Shown: piece after piece, positions 38,988 to 48,817 of the stretch
How the letters are laid out: every line of letters begins with the position of its first letter
Numbering within the stretch: position 1 is the first letter of the stretch
NCBI GenBank assembly: GCA_019056785.1
Contig: DXJV01000045.1
Span: 1 to 56,075, forward strand
DNA length: 56,075 nucleotides
Direction of reading: 5' to 3'
Source: Candidatus Heimdallarchaeota archaeon
GTDB taxonomy: Archaea > Asgardarchaeota > Heimdallarchaeia > JABLTI01
Notes under the pieces: generated by a model
Databases searched by the model: none
What the model saw: the letters and a program-made list of their open reading frames with translations, nothing else
Told to the model about the DNA's origin: nothing
Made by a program: the position numbers and the translations under genes

Positions 38988-39767
38988 ATGAGCAAAAAAC
39001 CTGATTTGCGTTCCATTTCGTCTGTTACGTTAGAAGGGGATGGGGATTTTGATGAAGTTCATATTTTAGGTGGGCTACAGTCCAGTGGAAGTTTGAATGC
39101 AAACTATGTTAGTGTCCAGGGTTCAATGAATCTTCTCGGCAGTCTCTGGGCAACAAATGTTAATGTCGCCGGAGGTGTTGAGCTTGGTGCTGACCTGATC
39201 TCTGAATTGGATATTGTTATTAAGGGGGGCATCAAGACCGGCGGGAAACTCGAGGGACGTATCATCGATATTTCTGGTGGTGCAAGAGTTAAGGAAACGA
39301 TCAAAGCATCGCAACTCCAAGTTAAAGGAGGAGTAAAAGTGAACGGGAATATTGAGGTTAGCGGTCCCATTGATGTCAAAGGTGGCTTAGTTTCGCTTCG
39401 TAGCATCATTGCCGAGGAGATTGATTCTGTTGGTGGTATCTCTGCAAATGGCGATGTGAAAACTCGAGACTCTATTTACGTCCGTGGTCGAGTGGAAGTA
39501 GGCGGCGATATAATTTGTGATGAATTTATTTTTGAAATTGGAGGACCATCAGTTATCGAAGGGAAACTTCAAGCAAATAAAATTAAAATAATGAAAGATG
39601 AGCTTGCAAAATCCGAATCGTTTCTCCGAGTTAAAGAAATCGTTTCGCCGAACAAGATAGAAATCGATTATGTTATCGCTGAAAGTGTCGTCTGCCCCAA
39701 AATGAAGACGGGAGAAAATTGCCGTATTGGCGAACCGATTGATAAAAATTATGAACCTGATTATTAA
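38988..39767 (+). CDS. Bactofilin-like beta-helix (polymer-forming cytoskeletal) protein
   Basis: Regular G/V/I-rich repeats of about 17 aa (e.g. 'LQVKGGVKVNGNIEV', 'IDVKGGLVSLRSI'). Confidence 0.75.
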   Translation: MSKKPDLRSISSVTLEGDGDFDEVHILGGLQSSGSLNANYVSVQGSMNLLGSLWATNVNVAGGVELGADLISELDIVIKGGIKTGGKLEGRIIDISGGARVKETIKASQLQVKGGVKVNGNIEVSGPIDVKGGLVSLRSIIAEEIDSVGGISANGDVKTRDSIYVRGRVEVGGDIICDEFIFEIGGPSVIEGKLQANKIKIMKDELAKSESFLRVKEIVSPNKIEIDYVIAESVVCPKMKTGENCRIGEPIDKNYEPDY

Positions 39768-39779
39768 CCCCTTTCTCAG

Positions 39780-39803
39780 AAAAAGCCTTTCTACAGGCTT
39801 TTT
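39780..39803 (+). terminator. Candidate hairpin terminator
   Basis: AAAAAGCCT-TTCTAC-AGGCTTTTT directly after the bactofilin-like gene, followed by T-runs. Confidence 0.45.
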
Positions 39804-39865
39804 GGTACTTTTTAAAGAAAATTACATGGAGAATCATTAGATTCAATGATATGTGAGCTATAAAA

Positions 39866-40885
39866 ATGACAACAGTTCTGGTGACAGGTGGAGCAGGCTT
39901 TATTGGCTATCATCTAACGAAATATCTTTTGGCTCGAGGATTAAAAGTTGTTATTTTTGACAATTTTTCAAGTTACTATTCCCCGCAACTGAAGAAGATT
40001 AATGCACTCGAATGTCAGAAATTAGGAGCAAAGATCATCGAAGGAGACATTTTAAATCGACAAATGCTTTTTCAAACCATAGAAAACGAGCAATGCTCGA
40101 AAATTGTCCATCTTGCAGCTCAGCCCGGTGTTCGTTACTCGAGTATCCATCCAGAGAAAACTTTGCGGGTGAATGTAGAAGGAACTGCTAATATTCTGGA
40201 AGCAGTTCAAAAACTAGACATTCAAAGAGTTATTCTTACCAGCAGTTCTTCTGTTTTTGGTTCTGCATTTTACTTACCCATCAATGAGAACCACCCAAAA
40301 AAACCCGTTTCGATCTACGGAACAAGCAAACTCATGGTGGAGCAGATGGCAGAAGTATATAGATACCTCTACCCAAATTTGGATATTGTTATCATACGTC
40401 CCTTCACTGTTGTTGGTGCCAAACAGCGACCTGACATGGCAATTAACAAATTCGTTAGTTGTGCGCTCGAAGAAAAAAAAATAACTGTTTTCGGTGATGG
40501 TTGGCAAACACGTGACTGGACCCATGTTGAAAATATTGCCCAAGGATTTTATCTGGCACTAACAAAAGAGAAAGCTCGAAACCAGACATTCAATATTGGT
40601 AATGGTTCTAGAATTTCTGTAAATGAAGTCCTGAAATTAATCGCTAAAATCACTAATCATGAGTTGCAGCTTATTTTCTCCCCGAGAAATAAAGCCGATA
40701 TAAAAGATACCTTTGCAGATATCTCAAAAGCCAAACAACTCATAGGCTATCACCCTCAAAAGACGATTTTCGACGCTATAGAAGATTTCACTGAATTTTA
40801 TCTTGCAGAGAAATTTGGCAAAGGATTTGAAAATATCTCAAGAAAAGTACTCTTTGAATCAAAAATTATTGCAACGAAAAGTTAA
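39866..40885 (+). CDS. NDP-sugar epimerase (UDP-glucuronate/UDP-glucose 4-epimerase-like)
   Basis: TGGAGFIG, HLAAQPGVRYS, SSSSVFG, YGTSK, RPDMA, RDWT. Confidence 0.9.
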   Translation: MTTVLVTGGAGFIGYHLTKYLLARGLKVVIFDNFSSYYSPQLKKINALECQKLGAKIIEGDILNRQMLFQTIENEQCSKIVHLAAQPGVRYSSIHPEKTLRVNVEGTANILEAVQKLDIQRVILTSSSSVFGSAFYLPINENHPKKPVSIYGTSKLMVEQMAEVYRYLYPNLDIVIIRPFTVVGAKQRPDMAINKFVSCALEEKKITVFGDGWQTRDWTHVENIAQGFYLALTKEKARNQTFNIGNGSRISVNEVLKLIAKITNHELQLIFSPRNKADIKDTFADISKAKQLIGYHPQKTIFDAIEDFTEFYLAEKFGKGFENISRKVLFESKIIATKS

Positions 40886-40899
40886 AAGGAGGAAATATT

Positions 40900-41991
40900 T
40901 TGGCTACCAAATCCAAAAGGCAATTCGAGATAAAAGTCCTGTTTGAACATGGTTATACTCCACAAAAAAGGGCTTTTTGGGTTGAAAAATATTGGAAGAC
41001 CATTCTAGGTATTGTTATTACCAGCGTTTTTTTGCTATTTCTCATACGGAGTGCTGACCCGGCAAGACTTTGGGCGACACTTTGTGGGGCAAAATATTCA
41101 CTAATTATTACCTCGAGTGGTTTGACTATAATTCTTTTCCTTCTGAAAACAATTCGCTGGAATGTAATTCTCAAACGACAAAATGTTGCCCTTTCATTTA
41201 CTACTACACTAAAATTAATTTTAATTGGCACTTTTGGTTCTGCAATTACCCCTGCTAAAGTAGGAGATGTGCTTCGTGCGTTCTATCTGAGAGAAGAAAA
41301 GAAGGAGGTAAAGATTGGTAGCGCAGTTTTTTCTGTTGTTTTTGATAGGCTTTTCGATCTTGCGGGGATATTTATGATAATTCTACTCACTCTCCCCTTT
41401 TGCTTACTAGCAATTCCAACAATTGACTGGCGAATTCCGGTAGGAATTTCAAGCAGTTTTGTTCTATTCACATCTCTAGTAATTTTAACTTTCAGTGAAA
41501 AAGTTTTAAGACCACTTCTGAACTTCTTGTTGAAAATCATTTCAAAAGTTTTTTTGAAGGAAACAGTAAAAGAAAAATTCTCAATCTCTTCAGCTGAAAT
41601 TCTTGCAGACTTTTTCAAATATCAAAAAAATTTCAAGGTAAAAAACTACTTTTTCCTTGGTGGACTTTCTGTTCTTTTTTGGGTTATTTTGGGTTTCCAA
41701 GGAACCCTCTTGCTTTATGCTTTTCATATCAATAATGTGAATCCTTTCTTCATCCTTGCAACACTAGCCATAGCGGCTGTTGTAGCAATGACTGTACCGT
41801 TGAGTGTAAGTGGTGTTGGTATTCGAGAGTATGTTATTCAAACTTTTTTAGTTTTCTTAATTCCAGGACTGGTTAAAGCTCAAGCAATAAATCTCTCTTT
41901 GCTACAAACATTAGAAAATGTTTTTCTCCCGGCTTTCCTTGGTGGGATTATCATCATTTTTCTCTCGAGAAAAAAAGTAATGCTTAAATAA
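40900..41991 (+). CDS. Lysylphosphatidylglycerol-synthase-TM (flippase-like, UPF0104) protein
   Basis: 'RW..IL', 'TPAKVGDVLR', 'DRLFDL', 'P.SVSGVGIRE'. Confidence 0.88.
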   Translation: MATKSKRQFEIKVLFEHGYTPQKRAFWVEKYWKTILGIVITSVFLLFLIRSADPARLWATLCGAKYSLIITSSGLTIILFLLKTIRWNVILKRQNVALSFTTTLKLILIGTFGSAITPAKVGDVLRAFYLREEKKEVKIGSAVFSVVFDRLFDLAGIFMIILLTLPFCLLAIPTIDWRIPVGISSSFVLFTSLVILTFSEKVLRPLLNFLLKIISKVFLKETVKEKFSISSAEILADFFKYQKNFKVKNYFFLGGLSVLFWVILGFQGTLLLYAFHINNVNPFFILATLAIAAVVAMTVPLSVSGVGIREYVIQTFLVFLIPGLVKAQAINLSLLQTLENVFLPAFLGGIIIIFLSRKKVMLK

Positions 41992-42010
41992 ATGTAATTT
42001 GAAAAGCATG

Positions 42011-42057
42011 AAAGAAAGAAAAAAAAAAGAGTTAAAGCATGAAGAAAGCCTTCATGC
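42011..42057 (-). terminator. Hairpin plus long U-tract terminator of the hydrogenase operon
   Basis: GCATGAAG-AAAGC-CTTCATGC (42037-42057) 15 bp after the stop codon, then a T-rich run on the minus strand. Confidence 0.6.
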
Positions 42058-42072
42058 AATTTTTAAATTTTT

Positions 42073-43620
42073 TTACAGTCCTAAAGCAGTTGCAGCTTGT
42101 TTTGCGAGGTTCTGGAAAGTATTGGGAATCACTCCTATGACGATCATGAGTATAACTATGACCATCAATGGGATTATGATTTCTATTGGTGTTTCTTTGA
42201 CGTCCTTGAGGTGTTCACCAGCAGGTTTGAACCAGAGTCGTTGTAAAACAATCAAGTAATAGACGACACTCGTCACGCTAGAGAGAAGGAACAATGCAAC
42301 ACCAACATAATATTGCACATTGCCACTACTTACTGCTGCCACTACAATATTGAGTTTACTCCAGAAGCCTGGCAATGGTGGAACACCAGCCAAACTAAGG
42401 AGAGCAATTGTGAAGGCAAAAGTTGTGACAGGCATTTTATGGCCAATACCTTCGAGTTTGTCTAATTCGCGGTCGTGGAACCTGTAGAGAATTGCTCCTG
42501 CGCACAAGAATGCCAGTCCTTTCCCAAGAGCATGAGTAAGAACATGGAAATAGCTACCTTGAACTCCCAGGGTAACGACATCACTATTAATGTTTGTTAA
42601 TGTCATTGATAAGCCGAAGAGAATGAAGCCAACATTAAGGACGGTGGAGAATGCAAGTAGTCGTTTAATGTCTGTTTGTCGTAGCGCCATAAGATTGCCG
42701 ATAACCATTGTTAGAATAGAGACCCAAAGAAGGACGTACCCCACGGCACAGAGGTTTGGTAGAAGGAGAAGACTTGGTCTGAAGAAGGTGGTAAGAGTAT
42801 TAATCATTGCAAACATTCCTGTCATGATAACAACACCGGATAGCATTGCACTAATACCACTTGGCGCAGCGGGGTGTGCATCCGGCAGCCAGGTATGTAG
42901 TGGAACGATTGCTGCTTTTACACCGAAGCCAATGATTAGGGAGATGATGATTATTACATGTACACCAGAGATGCCATTCGTTGCAAGTTTTGTGAAGAGG
43001 GTTGTGCCAATTTCGGCGATGTTTAGAGTACCAGTAACACCATAGAGCAAGCTCATGCCGAAGAGGAGCATCACGCTACCAAAAGCACTCATGAATAAGT
43101 ACTTCACTCCGGCTTCCACAGGCTCAGGCTCGTCCTTTCGGAAGGAGACGAGGATATAACTCGCGATAGACATTCCTTCCCAGAAGATGAAGAGGGTCAA
43201 GAGGTCACCTGCCATGACAACACCGATCATTCCTGCAACTAACAAGAGAAGCAAGAGATAATAGCGGTCAAGGCGATCATCATGGTCCATATAACGGATG
43301 GAATAGATAGCAGTAACTGAACCCAAGATTGTGAAGATGAGGATGAACCACCAGGTCAATTGATCAAGGCGAAAGATTGTGTAAATACCTTTTTCGTAGG
43401 TCTTTGTTCCCAGCACAAGGATCAAATCTTCCGACTTGACGGGGAGAGCATTACCAAAAGCAATGATCAATCCCAACATTGCCAGGAAGCAGATATTGGC
43501 GATGATAGCATAAGTCAGGTTCCAGCCTTGAGACTCTCTTCGAGCAAAACGCCCGAGTAAGCCTATGAGGAGTGCCCCTGCGACTGCAATAATTATTGGG
43601 AGTAGCCAGAATACATTCAT
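42073..43620 (-). CDS. nuoN: Antiporter-like subunit, NuoN/MrpD-like
   Basis: 'FIFWE', 'GVKAAIVPLHTWLPDAH', 'DIKRLLAFS', 'GVPPLPGFWSK'. Confidence 0.8.
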   Translation of the reverse strand: MNVFWLLPIIIAVAGALLIGLLGRFARRESQGWNLTYAIIANICFLAMLGLIIAFGNALPVKSEDLILVLGTKTYEKGIYTIFRLDQLTWWFILIFTILGSVTAIYSIRYMDHDDRLDRYYLLLLLLVAGMIGVVMAGDLLTLFIFWEGMSIASYILVSFRKDEPEPVEAGVKYLFMSAFGSVMLLFGMSLLYGVTGTLNIAEIGTTLFTKLATNGISGVHVIIIISLIIGFGVKAAIVPLHTWLPDAHPAAPSGISAMLSGVVIMTGMFAMINTLTTFFRPSLLLLPNLCAVGYVLLWVSILTMVIGNLMALRQTDIKRLLAFSTVLNVGFILFGLSMTLTNINSDVVTLGVQGSYFHVLTHALGKGLAFLCAGAILYRFHDRELDKLEGIGHKMPVTTFAFTIALLSLAGVPPLPGFWSKLNIVVAAVSSGNVQYYVGVALFLLSSVTSVVYYLIVLQRLWFKPAGEHLKDVKETPIEIIIPLMVIVILMIVIGVIPNTFQNLAKQAATALGL

Positions 43621-43636
43621 TGTCGTTTCTTTCCTC

Positions 43637-45154
43637 CTAAGTTATTCCAAAGATTTTCGCAACTGCGTCAGTTACGAAGGTTAGGACACTGTTTGGTAAG
43701 ATACCAATAATGAAAGTCAAAAGTGCGAGGACCACAAGTGGTGCCCACATGTAGGGACTTGGGTCTTTGACATCTTTGAATTCTTCTTTTTCTGGTCCGA
43801 GAAATACATTCTTCATGAAGAGAAGAGTGTAAGTCGCTGTCAAGGCTGTTGAAAGGACTGCCATAAAGATTGCAATAATACCTAATGGATTTCCGGAGGC
43901 TAAGCCACCTTCGAAGATAATCCATTCACTCATGAATCCAGCAAGGGGTGGAAGACCGCTTAAACTCAATGCTGCAATCAATGCAACAATTGCGGTTATT
44001 GGCATTTTATAGGCCAACCCGCCGAGTTGTTTTATATCACGCCCTTTGTGATGCCCTATCTGGGTCATGAGAATGCCGGCAACCATAAAGAGGGTGCCTT
44101 TCGCAAGCGCATGGCTAACAATGTGGAACATCGACCCTGTTGCACCAAATGCGGTGAAAGTTCCAAGTCCGAAGAAGATGTAGCCCATTTGTGAGATGGA
44201 TGAATATGCAAACAGCCGTTTCGTGTCTTTCTGTGCTAATGCCATGATTCCGCCGTAGACCATAGTAAAGACTGCCAGTCCGACGAGTACCCATGTGAAA
44301 GTAACATTGCTTCCCATATCCAATATATCTGTGCAGATCCTGAGGATTGCATAAGCAGCTGTTTCGATCATCACACCACTAAGAATAGCACTGATTGGTG
44401 TTGGTGCTTCTCCGTGGGTGTCTGGAAGCCAGCTATGAAGTGGGAAGATTGCCATTTTCACTGCAAAGCCAAGCAAGAAGAGAATTGTTAGAACAAGTGT
44501 GACTGTCTTTGATACAGCAGTCATGTTGATGTTCGCAATAAGGAAGCTTCCACTTGCAGAGCCATAAGCCCAGAGGCCACCAATACCGATAAGGATAGCC
44601 ATTGCACCTACATGGGTAAACATGAAGTACTTGAATGCTATCTTCACAGAGTTTGGTTTTGAACCCCATTTTGCAATGATGAAGTAGGAGGGTATAAGCA
44701 TTAGTTCCCAGAAGACGTAGAATTGAACAAGATCGCCTGCAAGGATAACGCCAACCATCCCAGCAATATAGAGAACTAAAAGAGCATAATATGCCCCTTG
44801 ATTCTCTTCCTTCTTCATATAACCAAAGCTATACATTACTGCAGCTAAGGAAAGAATGAAGATAATTGCGGCAATGGGGAAGCTTAGGCTGTCAGCTATC
44901 AGTTTGAAGCCAATTGTTACATTCTTCGATCCAAGATTGAAATTAATCCATTTATTCCAACCTTCAGAGTGAATGTTGCCTAAACCATCATTAAGGACAT
45001 CCCCAAGAGACAGGGCAAAGAATACAGCGCTGATAAGCACAAAGATGAAGGCCGACCATTTCGCTGCGTGGTCATTCCACTTCCCAAGGAAGAAGACAAT
45101 GATAGGCGCAAGTAAGAGAATTGCAATGGAAATGATAAGTGTAAAATTGAACAT
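43637..45154 (-). CDS. nuoM: Antiporter-like subunit, NuoM-like
   Basis: 'FYVFWELMLIPSY', 'VKMAIFPLHSWLPDTHGEAP', 'AYSSISQMG', 'GFMSE'. Confidence 0.85.
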   Translation of the reverse strand: MFNFTLIISIAILLLAPIIVFFLGKWNDHAAKWSAFIFVLISAVFFALSLGDVLNDGLGNIHSEGWNKWINFNLGSKNVTIGFKLIADSLSFPIAAIIFILSLAAVMYSFGYMKKEENQGAYYALLVLYIAGMVGVILAGDLVQFYVFWELMLIPSYFIIAKWGSKPNSVKIAFKYFMFTHVGAMAILIGIGGLWAYGSASGSFLIANINMTAVSKTVTLVLTILFLLGFAVKMAIFPLHSWLPDTHGEAPTPISAILSGVMIETAAYAILRICTDILDMGSNVTFTWVLVGLAVFTMVYGGIMALAQKDTKRLFAYSSISQMGYIFFGLGTFTAFGATGSMFHIVSHALAKGTLFMVAGILMTQIGHHKGRDIKQLGGLAYKMPITAIVALIAALSLSGLPPLAGFMSEWIIFEGGLASGNPLGIIAIFMAVLSTALTATYTLLFMKNVFLGPEKEEFKDVKDPSPYMWAPLVVLALLTFIIGILPNSVLTFVTDAVAKIFGIT

Positions 45155-45170
45155 TGTTTTCCTTTGCCTC

Positions 45171-47306
45171 CTAAATCGTGAATAATAATACTGCCAATAG
45201 GATTATTGCTCCTAGCAGCATATAGATGAAGTTTACCGATAGAATCCCTGTCTGGGTTTTTCTGACAACTTCACCCGTCTTCATTGTTCCTGAAGCGATG
45301 ACATAATTTGTGCGGTCAATCACTTTCAAGTCGAAGTATTCGTAAGTTAGTTCTGCGAAGCGCTTGAATTTCCGAAGACACCAATAAATGGCGGTATTCA
45401 TGTACCATCGTTTGTACAGGAAGGTGTTAATTCCTTTGAGGAATTTGCTCTTCTCGATCATTGCTCTGGAATCCCACTTTCTTGTCATGAAGAAGAATAT
45501 TGCAGGGATACCTCCAGCAGCAAGAATTCCAAGAGTAATCCAAAATGTCGGAGGTTCGAAGCCAAATGTATGGCTCAAGAAGTGCCCATAAGGAACGATT
45601 GTTTCTTCCACAGTGACAGACATTGCAGCAAACCAATTGTTCTTCGTGACAAAGTTTTCCACGAGTGGCGAAAGGAAGCCAAGAACAACGGTCCCGGCCA
45701 TTAAAATCCACAACGGAAGCCATAAAGTGACACCCGGTTTGTGAAGATGGCCATGATTCTCTTTTTCCACCTCTTTCACATGCTCGGTTTTTTCTCCGAA
45801 GAAGCTCCAACCGAGGAAGCGAATGGTGTAAAAGATGGTCATAATTGCTGCTACAGCTGCAAATGTAAAGAAGACCCAACCCATTGGATTGTGCTCATGA
45901 GTTGCAAGTTCCCAACTGACGCCGAAAACGCTTTCTTTGCTGAAGAACCCACCTAACGGGGGAACACCGGCAAGAGAAAGACCACCAATGAGCATCGGCC
46001 AGAAGACTTTTGGCATATCTTTTCGAAGCCCACCCATTTCATCGACATATTTCGTATGCACAGTATGAATAATTGCTCCAGCAGATAAGAACAACAGTGC
46101 CTTAAAGACTGCGTGGGAAAGCATATGGAAGGAACCGGCAAAATAGCCTACGACTTCAAATGCCCCATGGCCATTGTCTATTGGTGCGATTAACCCACCA
46201 GCACCAAGACCGAGGAACATATAGCCTAATTGTGAGATTGTGCTGAAAGCGAGGATCTTTTTGAGTTCCGTTGCTGACATTCCCATTGTTGCCGCCATGA
46301 AAGCAGTAAAGGCACCGATCATTCCGACAACAATGAAATAATACTGCAAGATATCATAGTGCAATTCGTGTAATCCCATGTACCACATCGGGAAGGTTCG
46401 GACAACCATATACACACCAGCTTTCACCATTGCAGCAGCATGAATGAGGGCTGAAACGGTTGTTGGACCGGCCATTGCTTCTGGGAGCCAGAACTGGAGT
46501 GGGAATTGTGCTGATTTGCCAATTGATCCTCCGAAGATCAGGAGAGCAGTTAGCAAGAGGACATTGTTGTTCTTCAAAGTGGTAATCCAGGTAAGATCAC
46601 TCATCAATTCTTTGTAGTTTACAGTCTTTGCAAACCAGAAGAGGATGAGAATTCCTGTTAGCATCATTACATCACCAATTCTGGTTGTAATGAATGCTTT
46701 CAAGCCTGCATGAGAATTATAGTCGCCTTCTGTTTCTTCCTTAATGGTGAATTCTCGTGGGTCTTGTTTGTTCTTCTTTGTAAAGAAGTAGCCAATTAGT
46801 GCATAGGAACAGAATCCCACAATCTCCCAGCCAACAAATGATTGGAAGAAGTTATTGGCCATAACAAGAAAGACCATTCCACCAATGAATAGCTGCATCA
46901 AAAACCAATAACGGTTTAGATGCTTGTCGCCTTTCATGTAGCCAACGCCAAAAATCATAATCAGCATTCCTACACCACTGGCGAAAGAGGCAATCATCAC
47001 AGTTAGTGGGTCGATTAGCACACCAAACTGGATTGCCCATTGTCCTTGTATCGGCATAAACCAGTAGTTTGCAATAATCCATTCGTAGCCGGAATCGCCT
47101 GTATAAACATCGACAACTAGGAGAATGCTGAAGATGAAAGCAAGAAACGCTGTTGCAGTTGCCGTCCAATCGCGGATACCGAGAAGAACATTCTTTGCTT
47201 TTCCGTCTTTTAATTTGTTGGCAAGAAAGCCAATGAGCGGAGCAATGAGTGCCCCTGCAAACGGTATCGCCCAGTTAAGAATCGCTGCTTCTTTTAAGAG
47301 TACCAT
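45171..47306 (-). CDS. nuoL: Antiporter-like subunit, NuoL-like, with C-terminal lateral helix
   Basis: 'GWEIVGFCSY', 'KSAQFPLQFWLPEAMAGPTTVSALIH', 'STISQLGY', 'FFSKE', 'DLKVID...RKTQTG' lateral helix. Confidence 0.9.
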   Translation of the reverse strand: MVLLKEAAILNWAIPFAGALIAPLIGFLANKLKDGKAKNVLLGIRDWTATATAFLAFIFSILLVVDVYTGDSGYEWIIANYWFMPIQGQWAIQFGVLIDPLTVMIASFASGVGMLIMIFGVGYMKGDKHLNRYWFLMQLFIGGMVFLVMANNFFQSFVGWEIVGFCSYALIGYFFTKKNKQDPREFTIKEETEGDYNSHAGLKAFITTRIGDVMMLTGILILFWFAKTVNYKELMSDLTWITTLKNNNVLLLTALLIFGGSIGKSAQFPLQFWLPEAMAGPTTVSALIHAAAMVKAGVYMVVRTFPMWYMGLHELHYDILQYYFIVVGMIGAFTAFMAATMGMSATELKKILAFSTISQLGYMFLGLGAGGLIAPIDNGHGAFEVVGYFAGSFHMLSHAVFKALLFLSAGAIIHTVHTKYVDEMGGLRKDMPKVFWPMLIGGLSLAGVPPLGGFFSKESVFGVSWELATHEHNPMGWVFFTFAAVAAIMTIFYTIRFLGWSFFGEKTEHVKEVEKENHGHLHKPGVTLWLPLWILMAGTVVLGFLSPLVENFVTKNNWFAAMSVTVEETIVPYGHFLSHTFGFEPPTFWITLGILAAGGIPAIFFFMTRKWDSRAMIEKSKFLKGINTFLYKRWYMNTAIYWCLRKFKRFAELTYEYFDLKVIDRTNYVIASGTMKTGEVVRKTQTGILSVNFIYMLLGAIILLAVLLFTI

Positions 47307-47321
47307 TTCTCATTCACTCTC

Positions 47322-47663
47322 CTAATATTTCAGGCTGTTCAATCTTTGAACGTTCAGGGAGCCATACATTCGATAGGCTTGAATTATCAAAGCCAAGGCA
47401 ACACCTGCTACACATCCTCCGACACAGATGCTGAGAATCACAACTGCGTGTGGGAGAGGATCAACTACTGCGCTCGTACTAAAGATATTAGAGAAGGTTA
47501 TGAAATTCAAATGCGCTGCGTCAAGCAATAACTCTATAGCAATTAGGAACTTGATCATGTTTTGCTTTGAAGCAAAGGCATAAGCTCCAATCACTAAGAG
47601 CAGTGCAGAGAACGCCAGTACGATATAGATGTTAGTAAAGGGTAAGGAAATTGTAATAGCCAT
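47322..47663 (-). CDS. nuoK: NuoK-like subunit
   Basis: Three TM helices, 'NMIKFLIAIELL', C-terminal 'LNSLKY'. Confidence 0.85.
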   Translation of the reverse strand: MAITISLPFTNIYIVLAFSALLLVIGAYAFASKQNMIKFLIAIELLLDAAHLNFITFSNIFSTSAVVDPLPHAVVILSICVGGCVAGVALALIIQAYRMYGSLNVQRLNSLKY

Positions 47664-48070
47664 TACGTTTCTTCCTCCTTGAGGTCTTCGGCATCCTTTC
47701 GTTCCAGGATAACGAATTTATCTGTTTCACACATTTCTGTTCTGAATTCAGTACATTGTTCTTCCATTCCTTTGACGATAGTAGCTGCGCCTTCAGATGC
47801 AATGAATAACAAAATACCAACAATAATTATGTCGATACCTTTCGCATCCCAAAGGACATACCCCACTGCTCGTCCGACATCCCGAAGGGTTCCATTAACA
47901 ATGTATGGATGATCAACACGTGTATCATCTCCTGAATCATCGACTCGCAAGCCATTTGTGTTTCCCAGATCGTTGAAATCCCAGAGACCGTAGAGCAGGA
48001 AGCCATACAAGCCCAGCGCAAGGACAATAGCGCCACTTGCAATGAGAATTTGTTTTGTCATTCGTTTCAT
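47663..48070 (-). CDS. Small membrane subunit, NuoJ C-terminal half-like
   Basis: TM-loop-'VGYVLW...DIIIVGILLFIA..GA' pattern; position between J(N) and K; overlapping start/stop codons. Confidence 0.6.
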   Translation of the reverse strand: MKRMTKQILIASGAIVLALGLYGFLLYGLWDFNDLGNTNGLRVDDSGDDTRVDHPYIVNGTLRDVGRAVGYVLWDAKGIDIIIVGILLFIASEGAATIVKGMEEQCTEFRTEMCETDKFVILERKDAEDLKEEET

Positions 48071-48375
48071 GACGAAGCCTCCTCAGTTGGTTCTGGAATG
48101 ATTTTATCGAGCTCCTCAACGGGTTCGCCACTTTCGAACCGCTCAGTTAAAGCCACTGTGGAGATAAGTAAAACTGTCACAGCGCCGCCGTAAACCATGA
48201 GCTGGAAAAGAGCAACCCACGGAGCATTGAGGATCCAGAAAACACCCGCTAATGCAATGCTCAAAATAGCCAGGCTAATTGAAGCATAAATCAGGTCTCG
48301 TAATTCTACGGCAAACACCGCAGCAATGACCACGATTATTAGCAAGATTATCAACAAAATTTGATTTGCGTCCAT
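48067..48375 (-). CDS. nuoJ: NuoJ N-terminal half-like subunit
   Basis: 'LNAPWVALFQLMVYGGAVTVL' NuoJ TM3 signature. Confidence 0.85.
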   Translation of the reverse strand: MDANQILLIILLIIVVIAAVFAVELRDLIYASISLAILSIALAGVFWILNAPWVALFQLMVYGGAVTVLLISTVALTERFESGEPVEELDKIIPEPTEEASS

Positions 48376-48410
48376 ATTTTCACATCCTTATTTTCACTCT
48401 CGTGTCGCTC

Positions 48411-48815
48411 TTAGCCTTCCTCCTGTTGTTCCTTCGATTCTGAAGGTTTTGTTTCTTTGGAATAGATGATCATTTCGTCGCGACCAAATGCAGAAAGCTC
48501 GATGTAATCTGTGAGGAACAAGGCATCATAGCGGCATGCTTCCTCGCACAGTCCACAGAAAATGCATTCCCCAAGGTTGATAACCGGTCGTTTCCCGGTT
48601 TTCGTCACTTCCGAGGGAACCATTTCTATGCACATCGGCGGGCAAGCACGTTCACAAGCTCGGCATCCAGTGCATTTTTCAAGAATAAAATAGTGAGCTC
48701 CTCGAAGCCCTTTCTTTGGCTTGACTCCTTCTTGGAAAGGATAGTCTATTGTTGCTTTCTTCTTTTTGAAAGCATTCCTAAGGGCTTCGCAAATAATTAC
48801 TCCTGGTCGTGGCAT
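48411..48815 (-). CDS. nuoI: NuoI-like 2x[4Fe-4S] subunit
   Basis: CTGCRACERACP and CIFCGLCEEAC; ATG at 48815 directly after the nuoH stop. Confidence 0.9.
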   Translation of the reverse strand: MPRPGVIICEALRNAFKKKKATIDYPFQEGVKPKKGLRGAHYFILEKCTGCRACERACPPMCIEMVPSEVTKTGKRPVINLGECIFCGLCEEACRYDALFLTDYIELSAFGRDEMIIYSKETKPSESKEQQEEG

Positions 48816-48817
48816 TA

